Shown here: positions 27,384 to 35,859 of the stretch, in pieces
Numbering within the stretch: the first letter of the stretch is position 1
Layout: the number at the start of each line of letters is the position of its first letter
Assembly: GCA_041595355.1 (NCBI GenBank)
Contig: JBFHKO010000001.1
Coordinates: forward strand, 1 to 40,782
Direction: 5' to 3'
DNA length: 40,782 nt
Source of the DNA: Aeromonadaceae bacterium
GTDB taxonomy: Bacteria; Pseudomonadota; Gammaproteobacteria; Enterobacterales; Aeromonadaceae
The notes under the pieces: model-generated
Database searches by the model: none
What the model saw: the letters and a program-made list of their open reading frames with translations, nothing else
What the model was told of the DNA's origin: nothing
Program-made: the position numbers and the translations under genes

Positions 27384-28012
27384 GTGGCCGAGGGGAAGAG
27401 CTGCTGTCTCGGTGACGGCAAGCCGGTGAATTCGGGCTCGCTTTGCGCCAATCGTTGCTGCAGTGATGGTAGCACGGGGCCTCGGGATGCGGACAGACGC
27501 GCACAGGGTGCGTGCGCCTTGTAATTGCCCGGGGCGGGCCGTACCATACTTCGCCTGCAAGATGGGGGCTGCATGTGCAGCGGCAGTCTCGTTGCCCTTA
27601 TCCCCCCGGCTCCGGCCGGCGCCCTGGGTTTGTCGGTGCTGGCTGACTACAATAAACCGGCCCCGCCGGAGGGCGCGCCATGTCGTCACCCTCGGCGAGG
27701 CTAGTGGTCTGGCGCAAAAGCTTTATAATGTTCCCGCATGAGCCGGCTGCGACCGTGACCTCGCAAGGGCAATGCCCCTGGCAGCATGGCAAGAGCCCCC
27801 CACTGCCCGGCGGCCGGGAGCTGGCCTTGGCGCTGAACCAAAGATTGATGCCGTTACATCAGGCATTGTTTGTTGAATCCAATTCAATCCCGGCCAACAG
27901 GGCGCGTGTCCGCTCGGGATGGATTGCCAATGCTGATCCGCGTCTGCCGCCGACGCCACTGTCCATCGACGGGCAGCGCCGGTGGAGCAGAGGCCGATCC
28001 GAGCGGAGTTGA
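27384..28012 (+). pseudogene. dapA: Decayed 4-hydroxy-tetrahydrodipicolinate synthase (dapA) remnant
   Basis: Collinear DapA-like segments lie in three different frames. Frame A: ...DGKPV...GSTGPRD..(TAA at 27522-27524)..LADYNKPAPPEG, compare GTTGE...PYYNRPSQEG. Frame B: HVVTLGEASGLAQKLYNVPA-TGA(27739-27741)-AGCD, compare [25 protein letters not shown]. Frame C: [22 protein letters not shown]...PRLPPTPLS, compare [21 protein letters not shown]...LRLPMTPIT. About 75 nt here replace ~285 nt of an intact gene between segments B and C. The position matches dapA in the bcp-(gcvR)-dapA-bamC-purC synteny. Confidence 0.65.
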
Positions 28013-28030
28013 TGAGGCGTGCTTAAACGT

Positions 28031-29146
28031 ATGGAGAAAGGAATATCCGTCAGGCTGCTGATGATGGGGCTGCTGGGATTGAGCCTGGTCAGCGGTTGCA
28101 GCTCCGAGGCGGAGCGCAAGCAGGCCAATCGTGATTTTGATTACACCCAGGAGCGGTTGGCGCCGGCGCCCCTGAGTATCCCCTCGAACTTGCAGGCGCC
28201 CGACTTTACCAGTGAGTACCGGCTGCCGCCGCTGCAAAAAAGCGACAGGCCCGTCCTGCTGGGCAGCGAGGTCGATGTGCGCCCGCCGCTGCAGATCCTC
28301 AATCTGACCGCCGGCAGCCGGGGCGAGCTTGGCCCGCAGTCTGTCAGCCTCTGGTTTTCACCGCGCAGTATCAATCAGTCGCTGGACGAGGAGCTCTGGA
28401 GCCTGCTGTTTGCCTTCCTGACCGAGCGCAGCATACCGGTTGCCAGCCAGGAGCCGGGAGTCAAGCGCCTGGAGACCAGCTGGTTTGCCACCACCGAGGC
28501 CATGGAGAGCTGGAACGAGGAGAGTGATGCCAAGCGGATGTTGCGCCAGCGCTATCGTTTCAGCCTGGAGCAGGATCCCGCCCAGCATCGTACCGCCGTC
28601 AGGTTGCAGCTGTTGCAACAGGAGCGTTACCTGAATGGTGATCTGAGCACCGAGCCCCTGACGGCCCTGGAGCAGCGCCGCTATGCGGTAGCCCTGATGA
28701 ACCAGCTGTCGGTGTTCATCGACACGCGTATGCGCAGCGGTATTCGTCAGGGCCAGGCCGGTCACATCCCCCTGCAGTTGGGGCTGGATGGCAATGGCCT
28801 CAGCGCCTGGCTGGCCGATGCCGGCTTCGAACCAACCTGGCAACGCCTGCTGACAATACTGCCTGGCCTCGGTTTTACCGTGACCAGCAAACAGGAGTCG
28901 CTGGGCCTTATCGTCGCCGACTATCAGGATCCGGATGGCCGCTTCTGGCAGTTTGGCAAGTCATCGCGCTTCGGCCTGGCCGCCGGCAGTTATCGCCTGC
29001 AACTGGGCGATCTGGGGCACAAGACCACCATCACCCTGTTCGACGCCGACAAGAAACCGGTGGAAAACGAGGTGGTCAGCAAAATGTACCTGAGTCTGGC
29101 CAAGGCCTTCAGTCAGCCGCCGGTGGCAGCCAAACCGGCCAAGTAA
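28031..29146 (+). CDS. bamC: Outer-membrane protein assembly factor BamC (NlpB) lipoprotein
   Basis: Lipobox LSLVSGC near the N-terminus (MEKGISVRLLMMGLLGLSLVSGCSS). Size and position between dapA and purC match E. coli. The start is uncertain (GTG 28019, ATG 28031 or ATG 28061). Confidence 0.82.
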   Translation: MEKGISVRLLMMGLLGLSLVSGCSSEAERKQANRDFDYTQERLAPAPLSIPSNLQAPDFTSEYRLPPLQKSDRPVLLGSEVDVRPPLQILNLTAGSRGELGPQSVSLWFSPRSINQSLDEELWSLLFAFLTERSIPVASQEPGVKRLETSWFATTEAMESWNEESDAKRMLRQRYRFSLEQDPAQHRTAVRLQLLQQERYLNGDLSTEPLTALEQRRYAVALMNQLSVFIDTRMRSGIRQGQAGHIPLQLGLDGNGLSAWLADAGFEPTWQRLLTILPGLGFTVTSKQESLGLIVADYQDPDGRFWQFGKSSRFGLAAGSYRLQLGDLGHKTTITLFDADKKPVENEVVSKMYLSLAKAFSQPPVAAKPAK

Positions 29147-29210
29147 TGCATGCGCCAGCACCCAAACGTGCTGGCGTTGACAGTTAATCACTCATTGGAG
29201 TCGCTCTGAA

Positions 29211-29924
29211 ATGGAAAAGAAAGCCGAACTGTATCGTGGCAAGGCCAAATCCGTGTACACCACTGACGATCCGACGCGTCTCGTGCTGCTGTTCCGCAAC
29301 GATACGTCTGCTTTTGACGGTGAAAAGGTTGAGCAGCTGGATCGCAAGGGCATGGTGAACAACAAGTTCAATCACTTCATCATGTCCAAGCTGGAAGAAG
29401 CCGGCGTGCCGACCCAGATGGATCGTCTGCTGTCCGATAACGAGGCGCTGGTGAAGAAGCTGGCGATGATCCCGGTCGAGTGTGTCATCCGTAACGTGGC
29501 CGCCGGTTCCATTTGCCGTCGCCTGGGGGTGCAGGAAGGGCTGGAGCTCAATCCGCCGACCTTCGAATTCTTCCTGAAAAATGATGCGCTGCACGATCCC
29601 ATGATCAACGAGTTCCATATCCGCTCCTTCGGTTGGGCCACCGATGAGCAGATCGAGACCATGAAGGCGCTGACCTTCAAGGTCAACGAGGTACTGAAGA
29701 CGTTGTTCGATGAGGCCGGCCTGATCCTGGTGGATTACAAGCTGGAGTTCGGCCTGTTTGAAGGCCAGGTGCTGCTGGGTGACGAGTTCTCCCCGGACGG
29801 CTGCCGCCTGTGGGACAAACAGACCCGTCAGAAGCTGGACAAGGACCGTTTCCGTCAGGGACTGGGCGGCGTGATTGAAGCCTATGAGGAAGTGGCGCGT
29901 CGCCTGGGTGTCAAGCTGGACTAA
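29211..29924 (+). CDS. purC: Phosphoribosylaminoimidazole-succinocarboxamide (SAICAR) synthase
   Basis: 237 aa. [21 protein letters not shown]...[11 protein letters not shown]...[19 protein letters not shown]...[12 protein letters not shown]... is very close to E. coli PurC. Confidence 0.96.
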   Translation: MEKKAELYRGKAKSVYTTDDPTRLVLLFRNDTSAFDGEKVEQLDRKGMVNNKFNHFIMSKLEEAGVPTQMDRLLSDNEALVKKLAMIPVECVIRNVAAGSICRRLGVQEGLELNPPTFEFFLKNDALHDPMINEFHIRSFGWATDEQIETMKALTFKVNEVLKTLFDEAGLILVDYKLEFGLFEGQVLLGDEFSPDGCRLWDKQTRQKLDKDRFRQGLGGVIEAYEEVARRLGVKLD

Positions 29925-29940
29925 GTCTGATGCACCTTGT

Positions 29941-29961
29941 GCATGCGGCATGCGGCATGCG
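29941..29961. repeat. 7-bp tandem repeat (GCATGCG x3) downstream of purC
   Basis: gcatgcg gcatgcg gcatgcg, read directly, immediately 5' of the terminator hairpin. Confidence 0.85.
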
Positions 29962-29994
29962 AATCGGCGCCTTGGGGCGCCGATTTTGTTTTGT
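29962..29994. terminator. Rho-independent terminator (purC; possibly bidirectional with ypfN)
   Basis: aatcggcgcc-ttgg-ggcgccgatt, 10-bp stem, followed by ttgttttg. Confidence 0.8.
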
Positions 29995-30008
29995 CACCCG
30001 CCCGGCCA

Positions 30009-30203
30009 TCAGCGGGAGCGTTGGTCGTCCTTGGGGGGCTTGGGCTTGTCGGGCCATGAGTCGTCGTCGTCGTCCTTCACCTCGCGGATCTTGTCCCGGT
30101 ACTTGGGCAACTGCTTTTCCAGCCGTTTCATATCCTTGATGGCATTGAGAAAAATGCCGAGCAGGAACAGCAGTGGCAGGCCGATCCAGAGCCAGAGATT
30201 CAT
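30009..30203 (-). CDS. ypfN: Small membrane protein YpfN (UPF0370/DUF2897)
   Basis: From ATG 30203 (RBS AGGAGA): [30 protein letters not shown]...VKDDDDDSWPDKPKPPKDD, compare E. coli YpfN ...LLNVIKDLKRVD...WDDDDDWPKKDQPKK. ATGA overlap with the upstream gene's stop. Confidence 0.78.
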   Translation of the reverse strand: MNLWLWIGLPLLFLLGIFLNAIKDMKRLEKQLPKYRDKIREVKDDDDDSWPDKPKPPKDDQRSR

Positions 30204-30889
30204 GGTGTGCTCTCCTGGGCATGGCTTGTCAGCTGATGCCATAGTTGGGGCAGCTGCGCCAGTATGCAGGCCTTGCCGGCAATATCGGCGCTCTGCAGGC
30301 AGGTTGCTAGGCTTTCCAGGCGCAGCAGCTGTTCGGCCTGTCGCGCTTCGGGGATGAAGCTGAGGTGCCAGGGCTCGTCCCCCATGCTGCTGGCGGCGCC
30401 GGTATAGGGGCGATAGAAGCCGAAATCGGCCATGTGGGCATCCAGCCAGGCACTCAGCGGGGCAAAGTAGCCATCGGCCCGGTATTCCCAGGGCTCGAGC
30501 TGCAAGCGTGCCCCGGCCGGCAACAAATTGGGCGCATAGAGGTCCAGATCTGTCCCCCAGTGATGGCGGCTACAGCCGGGCAGGGCACTCCAGCGCAATA
30601 TGGCTGCCACCTTCTGCGTTTCATCGAGGCGGTCCGTATCCAGCGGCCGGCTGTCGGCATCCAGCAGCGGTCGCTGGCCGGTGAACTTGCCGTTCCAGAT
30701 CTGCAATTGGCGGCCAAAGTTGCGGTGACCCGAGGCAACGGCGAGTTCCAGACCGGCGCTGCGGGCCGCCTGTTGCATGGCCAGGAACGCCGTTGCCGTG
30801 GCGGCGGTGAGCCGCTGGCCTCCCGGCAATTCGATCAGGTGGTGCTCATCCAGGCCCAGCAGCTGGGCCTGGCTGAAGAGGGGGCTCAT
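30200..30889 (-). CDS. M15-family (VanY/LAS-type) zinc D,D- or L,D-carboxypeptidase
   Basis: From ATG 30889 (ATGA overlap with the dapE stop): ...[15 protein letters not shown]...[13 protein letters not shown] (S-x-H-x-x-G-x-D-x-D zinc/LAS motif) ...GDEPWHLSF (second His). Confidence 0.8.
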   Translation of the reverse strand: MSPLFSQAQLLGLDEHHLIELPGGQRLTAATATAFLAMQQAARSAGLELAVASGHRNFGRQLQIWNGKFTGQRPLLDADSRPLDTDRLDETQKVAAILRWSALPGCSRHHWGTDLDLYAPNLLPAGARLQLEPWEYRADGYFAPLSAWLDAHMADFGFYRPYTGAASSMGDEPWHLSFIPEARQAEQLLRLESLATCLQSADIAGKACILAQLPQLWHQLTSHAQESTP

Positions 30890-32019
30890 GCCAGCAGCCG
30901 TCTCAGTATGGCCGCATACATGTCGGTCAGCTGCTCCAGATCCGCGACCTTCACACATTCGTTGAGCTTGTGGATGGTGGCGTTGATGGGGCCGAGCTCG
31001 ATCACCTGGGCCCCGGTGGGCGCAATGAAGCGGCCATCCGAGGTCCCACCGCTGGTGGACAGCTCGGTGGTGAGGCCGCTGACGTCGCGAATGGCCGCCA
31101 CGGTCGCCTCCACCAGCTCACCGGAGGCTGTCAGGAACGGGTGCCCGCTCAGGGTCCAGTTCAGCTCGTAGTCGAGACCATGCCGGTCGAGCAGGGCGTG
31201 CACCTTTTCCTTGATGGCCACATCGGTCAGTTCGGTGCTGAAGCGGAAGTTGAACTGCACCTGCAATTCGCCGGGGATGACATTGGACGCGCCGGTGCCG
31301 GCACTGATGTTGGGGATCTGGAAGCTGGTGGGCGGGAAGAAGTCGTTGCCCTGATCCCAGACCGTCGTGGCCAGCTCGGCCAGCGCCGGGGCGGCCTGAT
31401 GGATGGGGTTGCGCCCCAGGTGCGGGTAAGCGACATGCCCCTGCACGCCCTTCACCAGCAGATCGCCGGTGATGGAGCCGCGGCGGCCATTTTTGACCAC
31501 GTCACCGACCTGGCGGGTGGATGAGGGTTCACCTACCAGGCACCAGGTGATCTTCTCGCCGCGCGCCTCCAGGGTTTCCACTACCTTGGGAGTGCCGTTG
31601 ATGAAAGGCCCTTCCTCGTCACTGGTGATCAGGAAGGCGATGGAGCCTCGGTGATCCGGGTGCGCCGTCACGAAGCGCTCCACCGCCACCAGCATGGCCG
31701 CCAGGGAGCCCTTCATGTCGGCGGCGCCGCGACCATAGAGCATGCCATCGCGCACCTGAGGCTCGAAGGGGGGGGAGTCCCACTTCGCCAGCGGGCCTGG
31801 CGGTACCACATCGGTGTGGCCGGCAAAACAGAACAGCGGCCCTTCACTGCCGCGGCGAGCCCACAGGTTGGTGGTATCATGAAATACCATGGGTTCGATG
31901 GTAAAGCCCAGTGCGGCCAAGTGGTCGGCCATCAACTGCTGGCAACCGGCATCCTCGGGCGTCACGGAAGGACGGGCAATGAGATCCCTGGCCAGGGCCA
32001 GAACGGGTGAGTCGGACAT
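30886..32019 (-). CDS. dapE: Succinyl-diaminopimelate desuccinylase
   Basis: 377 aa. [27 protein letters not shown]...FAGHTDVVP...[10 protein letters not shown]...ITSDEEG...[10 protein letters not shown]20 family, DapE-type. Confidence 0.95.
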   Translation of the reverse strand: MSDSPVLALARDLIARPSVTPEDAGCQQLMADHLAALGFTIEPMVFHDTTNLWARRGSEGPLFCFAGHTDVVPPGPLAKWDSPPFEPQVRDGMLYGRGAADMKGSLAAMLVAVERFVTAHPDHRGSIAFLITSDEEGPFINGTPKVVETLEARGEKITWCLVGEPSSTRQVGDVVKNGRRGSITGDLLVKGVQGHVAYPHLGRNPIHQAAPALAELATTVWDQGNDFFPPTSFQIPNISAGTGASNVIPGELQVQFNFRFSTELTDVAIKEKVHALLDRHGLDYELNWTLSGHPFLTASGELVEATVAAIRDVSGLTTELSTSGGTSDGRFIAPTGAQVIELGPINATIHKLNECVKVADLEQLTDMYAAILRRLLA

Positions 32020-32030
32020 GCAGATATTCC

Positions 32031-32399
32031 TTAGCCGGGAATGGCAAAGATGGCGTGGTATTGTGGCGCGGAGAATCCCAGGTGCAGCTGGCCCGCGTGC
32101 GCCAGCAGGGGGCGCTTGATGAGGGCTGGATGGGTCAGCATCAGTGCAATGGCGCGCTCCTCATCCAGCGCCTCCTTGTCGGCTGCCGGCAGGGCGCGGT
32201 AGGTGGTACCGCGCTTGTTGAGCAGGGCTTCCCAACCCAGTCGGGCACACCATTGCTCAAGTTGGGTCCGGCTCAGGCCATCACGGCGGTAGTCATGATA
32301 CTGGTAGGGGATCTGGTGCTGATCCAGCCAGCGCAGGGCTTTTTTCAGGGTATCGCAATTGCGTATGCCAAAGACGTGCGTGCTCATGATCGCTGTCAT
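32031..32399 (-). CDS. yffB: ArsC-family reductase-like protein YffB
   Basis: ...[34 protein letters not shown]...[14 protein letters not shown]...LIKRPLL. This matches the E. coli YffB pattern and its position upstream of dapE. The start is either ATG 32399 or ATG 32387. Confidence 0.85.
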   Translation of the reverse strand: MTAIMSTHVFGIRNCDTLKKALRWLDQHQIPYQYHDYRRDGLSRTQLEQWCARLGWEALLNKRGTTYRALPAADKEALDEERAIALMLTHPALIKRPLLAHAGQLHLGFSAPQYHAIFAIPG

Positions 32400-32519
32400 C
32401 GAGATTCGGGTGTGCGGATTCTGTCATCTGGCGCCGATGCTGGCAACCACGCAACAAGCCGGCAACCTGACACCCCCTGGGGAGGGGGCAGGCCCGGGCT
32501 GCCGCCCTGGCGCCGGGGA

Positions 32520-32768
32520 TCAGTCGGCCAGGGTGTAATCTGGCGACAGCTTGTGGGCCAGAAACTTGAAGATATTGAACACGGCGGTGGTGCGTGGCGT
32601 GGGCAGTCCCTGGTCATCGAGAAAATAGTGCCCCTTGAAGATGAGGACGCCATGTTTCTCTTCGACATCCATGGCCTCCATGCCGGCCAGGTAATCATCG
32701 TGTTCGCGGATCAGCTGGTTGGCCAGTTCCAGCAGCGCGTTGCGGGCGATGGGTTGTTTTTGCTTCAT
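32520..32768 (-). CDS. yciN: YciN family protein (DUF2498)
   Basis: 82 aa. [75 protein letters not shown] is collinear with E. coli YciN. Confidence 0.85.
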   Translation of the reverse strand: MKQKQPIARNALLELANQLIREHDDYLAGMEAMDVEEKHGVLIFKGHYFLDDQGLPTPRTTAVFNIFKFLAHKLSPDYTLAD

Positions 32769-32870
32769 GATAATCTCCTCGATAGCGTGGATGGATGGCG
32801 GGCAGCATAGCGCAAGCGGGCCGGGACTGTCAGCCCACGCGATCCTGGTTGTCGACGCCGGTTGGCGGAT

Positions 32871-32898
32871 AAAAAAACCGCCGGTCGCAACCGGCGGT
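32871..32898 (-). terminator. Rho-independent terminator of ompA
   Basis: The minus strand reads accgccggt-tgcg-accggcggt followed by ttttttt. Confidence 0.85.
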
Positions 32899-32948
32899 CT
32901 TCACTAGGGTCATGGAACAGGGTGGGGTTCCCTGGGCGGAGGCTCGGC

Positions 32949-33980
32949 TCAGGGCTTGACGACTACTTCCTTGACGCCCTTGACTTCGATGCTGACGCGG
33001 CGATCCGGAGCCAGGCAGACGATCAACTGCTGGCGATTCATGCCCTCTGCGCACTGGGTGCCGGTGACCGGATTGGCTTCACCGAGGCCGATGGCGGTGA
33101 TGTTGGCCGGCAGCAGTCCCTTGCTGATCAGGAAGTTGGCAACCGACTGGGCACGGCGCTCGGACAGTGCCTGATTGGCCTGATCGGAGCCGATGCGATC
33201 GGTGTAGCCGTAGACGACAGTCTTCTTGTCCTGCATCTGCAGTTGCTGGATGTCATTGTACAGCTTGGTCAGCGCAGCCACCCCGGCCGGCTTCAGGGTA
33301 GCCTTGTTGAAGTCGAACAGCACATCCGAGGTCAGGGTGAAATGCTTGGTTTCAATCACCGGAGCCGGAGCCGGAGCCGGGGCCGGTGCGGGAGCCGGGG
33401 CCGCCACTGGAGCCGGTGCCGAGCTGCGGGTCGGGTAGTAGACGGCTTCCAGGCCGACGTTATGCACGTCGGTACGGCCGGTCAGGCCATTGCCCAAATC
33501 GTCGATGTAGCGGTAACGCAGTTGCAGATCCAGCGGATCGGCCAGCCGGAAGGCCAGGCCCGTACCGACGATGGGGGCGTAATGCTGATCGGAGGTGCCC
33601 AGGGCGTCGTTGGTCAGGTACCAGCGGTACACACCGACTTCGCCCAGCAGGGAAACATTCTCGCTCAGCGGCAGGCGCGGCAGGGCGGAGACGTTCCAGC
33701 CGTGGGCGCGATAATCCTGGCCGTCAATCTTGCCGTCACCCAGCCAGTTGTAGCCGGCTTCCAGACCAGCATAGTCGCCGAAGGTATAGCCGACGAAGCC
33801 GCGGTAGGACGCGGTATCGCGCACCGAGTCGTTGGCATTGCGGTTGATGTCGGAATAATTGTTCCATCCGGCACCGGCACCAATGAAGGCACCTTCGGCG
33901 TCAGCCGCTTGAACAGATGAGACGACTGCCAGACTGGCCAGTGCGCCGCTGATGAAGAGCGAAACCACTGTCTTTTTCAT
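32949..33980 (-). CDS. ompA: Outer membrane protein A (8-strand barrel + Ala-Pro hinge + OmpA_C peptidoglycan-binding domain)
   Basis: 343 aa. Signal peptide MKKTVVSLFISGALASLAVVSSVQA, aromatic-rich barrel, APAPVAAPAPAPAPAPAPAP hinge, then FDFNKATLKP...GYTDRIGSDQANQALSERRAQSV. Confidence 0.93.
   Translation of the reverse strand: MKKTVVSLFISGALASLAVVSSVQAADAEGAFIGAGAGWNNYSDINRNANDSVRDTASYRGFVGYTFGDYAGLEAGYNWLGDGKIDGQDYRAHGWNVSALPRLPLSENVSLLGEVGVYRWYLTNDALGTSDQHYAPIVGTGLAFRLADPLDLQLRYRYIDDLGNGLTGRTDVHNVGLEAVYYPTRSSAPAPVAAPAPAPAPAPAPAPVIETKHFTLTSDVLFDFNKATLKPAGVAALTKLYNDIQQLQMQDKKTVVYGYTDRIGSDQANQALSERRAQSVANFLISKGLLPANITAIGLGEANPVTGTQCAEGMNRQQLIVCLAPDRRVSIEVKGVKEVVVKP
33361..33417 (-). repeat. 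Coding low-complexity (GCN-CCN)n repeat encoding the OmpA Ala-Pro hinge
   Basis: ggagccggagccggagccggggccggtgcgggagccggggcc... on the plus strand. Confidence 0.8.
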
Positions 33981-34262
33981 TGTGAACTCCTTTAGGTAGA
34001 ACCTTGAATCCCTGCCATCTGAGGCGCTGCCATTATGGTACAGGCTGGGTAGCTTGCACAGTGGCTGCCAAAAAAATCGTACTCATACGGGCAGTTTCCG
34101 GGCCCCGAGCCAAGGGCCATGGGGCTGGTCTTGCCGGTAAGGGACGCGCCTTTTCGGCAGACTCAATACCAGTGTAGTTTGCCTTTTCTAAAAAACATTT
34201 ATTTATAATGACTTAGCCTATTTTAACGCTGAAGGCAGGGCCTGCAGCCCTCCAGCCCAGTG

Positions 34263-34451
34263 ATGCCCGGTCACCTTTTACAGTATGATCAGGCTTCGAT
34301 TGAGTTAAATTTTGACGAAGTCGACAAGTTACAACTGTTAGATCCAACAGCTCGATTTTTTGGTTTACCTTCTGTATGCGACAAGGTAGTATGCGATGGT
34401 TGCCAATTGACAATGCTGCATTACACTTACAACAATACAAAAACAGAATAA
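34263..34451 (+). CDS. Doubtful small ORF (62 aa, acidic, CX4CX2C) in the AT-rich leader upstream of the XRE gene
   Basis: MPGHLLQYDQASIELNFDEVDKLQLLDPTARFFGLPSVCDKVVCDGCQLTMLHYTYNNTKTE. There is no convincing RBS and I recognise no family. It is listed only because it is the sole sizeable same-strand ORF in the island. Confidence 0.2.
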   Translation: MPGHLLQYDQASIELNFDEVDKLQLLDPTARFFGLPSVCDKVVCDGCQLTMLHYTYNNTKTE

Positions 34452-34541
34452 TGAGAGAGTGGGATAAATCTGATGGATACACACTATAGACATGACTGAA
34501 CCAATGCGGACTCTTGTTCCGCAGCATGAACGAGGAATCGT

Positions 34542-34805
34542 ATGAATATCAGCACTCTCTCCGTTGGACAAAAAATTCGCCTGATCCGGGAAACCGTAGG
34601 CCTGAGTCGCCCCAAGTTTGCTGAACTGCTCGGCGTGCCGCCGACGACACTGAAAAATTACGAACTGGGTTACCGCGAAGTGGGTGGCGCCTTCCTGGTG
34701 GCGCTGGCACGCCAGGAGCAACTGCATTGTTTTACCCTCTGGCTGCTGTCCGACAAGACGGCCCTGGAGATTGGTCAGATCAGCCCGGCCGAATACAGCA
34801 AGTGA
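34542..34805 (+). CDS. XRE/Cro-CI family helix-turn-helix transcriptional regulator
   Basis: 87 aa. RBS GAGGAA 5 nt upstream. VGQKIRLIRETVGLSRPKFAELLGVPPTTLKNYELGYRE is a canonical HTH_XRE core. Confidence 0.8.
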   Translation: MNISTLSVGQKIRLIRETVGLSRPKFAELLGVPPTTLKNYELGYREVGGAFLVALARQEQLHCFTLWLLSDKTALEIGQISPAEYSK

Positions 34806-34832
34806 TGCCGCAGCAGGCATGATATTGTCGAC

Positions 34833-34864
34833 AAAACGCCACCTTCGGGTGGCGTTTTGTTTTG
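34833..34864 (+). terminator. Rho-independent terminator after the XRE gene
   Basis: aaaacgccacc-ttcg-ggtggcgtttt, 11-bp stem, followed by gttttg. Confidence 0.88.
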
Positions 34865-34930
34865 CTTGCGTGGCACCGGTATTACACTGGATCCTGATCG
34901 CTCTCCCATTCAATTCAGAGGAATTGCATC

Positions 34931-35737
34931 GTGAACGTGAACAAGTGGATAGGTCTCTGGCTGTTGGCCAGTCTGACAGTCGCCTGTGTGGCATCGCCCA
35001 CCGGGCGGCGCCAGCTGTTGCTCTACCAGGACGCCGAGGTGGCCCAGCTGGGCCTGGCTTCCTTCGATGAGATGAAAAAGCAGGAAAAAATCGCCACCGA
35101 TCCGGCGCTGAACCGGTATGTCGGTTGCGTGGCCGAGGCGGTGACCCGACAGATCCCGGCCCATTACCAGACCGGCGCGGCTGCCTGGGAGGTGGTGCTG
35201 TTTGATTCGCCCCAGATCAACGCCTTCGCCCTGCCGGGGGGACGCATCGGTGTCTATACGGGCCTGCTGAAAGTGGCCAAGGATCAGGATCAGCTGGCCG
35301 CGGTGCTGGGCCATGAGGTGGCGCATGTGCTGGCCAAGCATTCCAATGAGCGGCTTTCCAATACCCAGGTCGCCAATCTGGGCATGGTCGCCGCCGACAT
35401 GGCGCTGGGCGAGTCACCGGTGCGCCAGTCAGCCATGGCGGCACTGGGCCTGGGAGCTCAGGTGGGCTACCTGCTGCCCTACGGGCGGTTGCAGGAGTCG
35501 GAGGCCGATGTGCTGGGGTTGCAGTTGATGGCGCGAGCCGGTTTCCAGCCCGAGGCGGCGGTCAGCCTGTGGCAGAATATGGCCCAGGCGACCAGCCGGC
35601 AACCCAGTGTGGAGTTCCTCTCCACACACCCCTCCAACGAGCGGCGAATCGCACAACTGCAGCAGCAACTGGCGATAGTGGCTCCCGACTTCGAACAGGC
35701 CCGAGCGCTGGGGCGATATCCCCAGTGTCGGGGCTAG
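34931..35737 (+). CDS. M48-family zinc metallopeptidase lipoprotein (LoiP/YcaL-like)
   Basis: 268 aa, GTG start with GAGGAA 8 nt upstream. Lipobox LTVAC, NAFALPGGRIGVYTGLL, HEVAHVLAKH zinc motif, downstream ESEADVLG and THPS..ERI. Confidence 0.88.
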   Translation: MNVNKWIGLWLLASLTVACVASPTGRRQLLLYQDAEVAQLGLASFDEMKKQEKIATDPALNRYVGCVAEAVTRQIPAHYQTGAAAWEVVLFDSPQINAFALPGGRIGVYTGLLKVAKDQDQLAAVLGHEVAHVLAKHSNERLSNTQVANLGMVAADMALGESPVRQSAMAALGLGAQVGYLLPYGRLQESEADVLGLQLMARAGFQPEAAVSLWQNMAQATSRQPSVEFLSTHPSNERRIAQLQQQLAIVAPDFEQARALGRYPQCRG

Positions 35738-35859
35738 GCACGCGCGGCTGGCGCTATCGGCTCCCCGGGCTTGCCCCGGGGGCTTTCAATCCGGCCTGGG
35801 TTGGACGGGAAATTCTGCTATAGTAGGCGACTTTCTCATGCAAGCGGAGTCACGTCACT

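Noticed and set aside
27375-27689. Minus-strand ORFs between bcp and bamC (27083-27574, 27375-27689, 27598-27792), examined as a possible gcvR remnant or a novel small gene.
   Set aside because: The translations are Arg/Pro/Ala-rich with no ACT-domain-like or other recognisable pattern. The plus-strand DapA-like segments explain the region better.
29153-29176. Hairpin cgccagcac-ccaaac-gtgctggcg between bamC and purC, containing CCCAAACGTG, which resembles the left half of a PurR box.
   Set aside because: Only the left half-site (CAAACG) matches ACGCAAACGTTTGCGT; the right half does not. As a terminator it lacks a U-tract. It could be a weak attenuator or processing structure, but I cannot support a specific call.
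33361-33417. Short periodic DNA repeats considered as a possible CRISPR or VNTR. Also the 9-mer array at 21927 and the 7-mer array at 29941.
   Set aside because: The units are 6-9 bp with no spacers, and no cas genes are present. The ompA one simply encodes the Ala-Pro hinge. None has CRISPR architecture.
34213-34527. 104-aa minus-strand ORF in the AT-rich islet.
   Set aside because: Its start would be only 14 bp from the divergent XRE gene start, leaving no room for promoters. It has no RBS, and the translation (Cys/Leu/Ile-rich, no recognisable motif) looks like an AT-rich-frame artefact. It is kept only as an alternative to test with expression data.
34871-34886. TGGCACCGGTATTACA upstream of the M48 lipoprotein gene, resembling a sigma-54 -24/-12 element.
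   Set aside because: The -12 element reads TTAC instead of the near-invariant TTGC. A housekeeping-type periplasmic protease is not an expected sigma-54 target. I treat it as a chance match.
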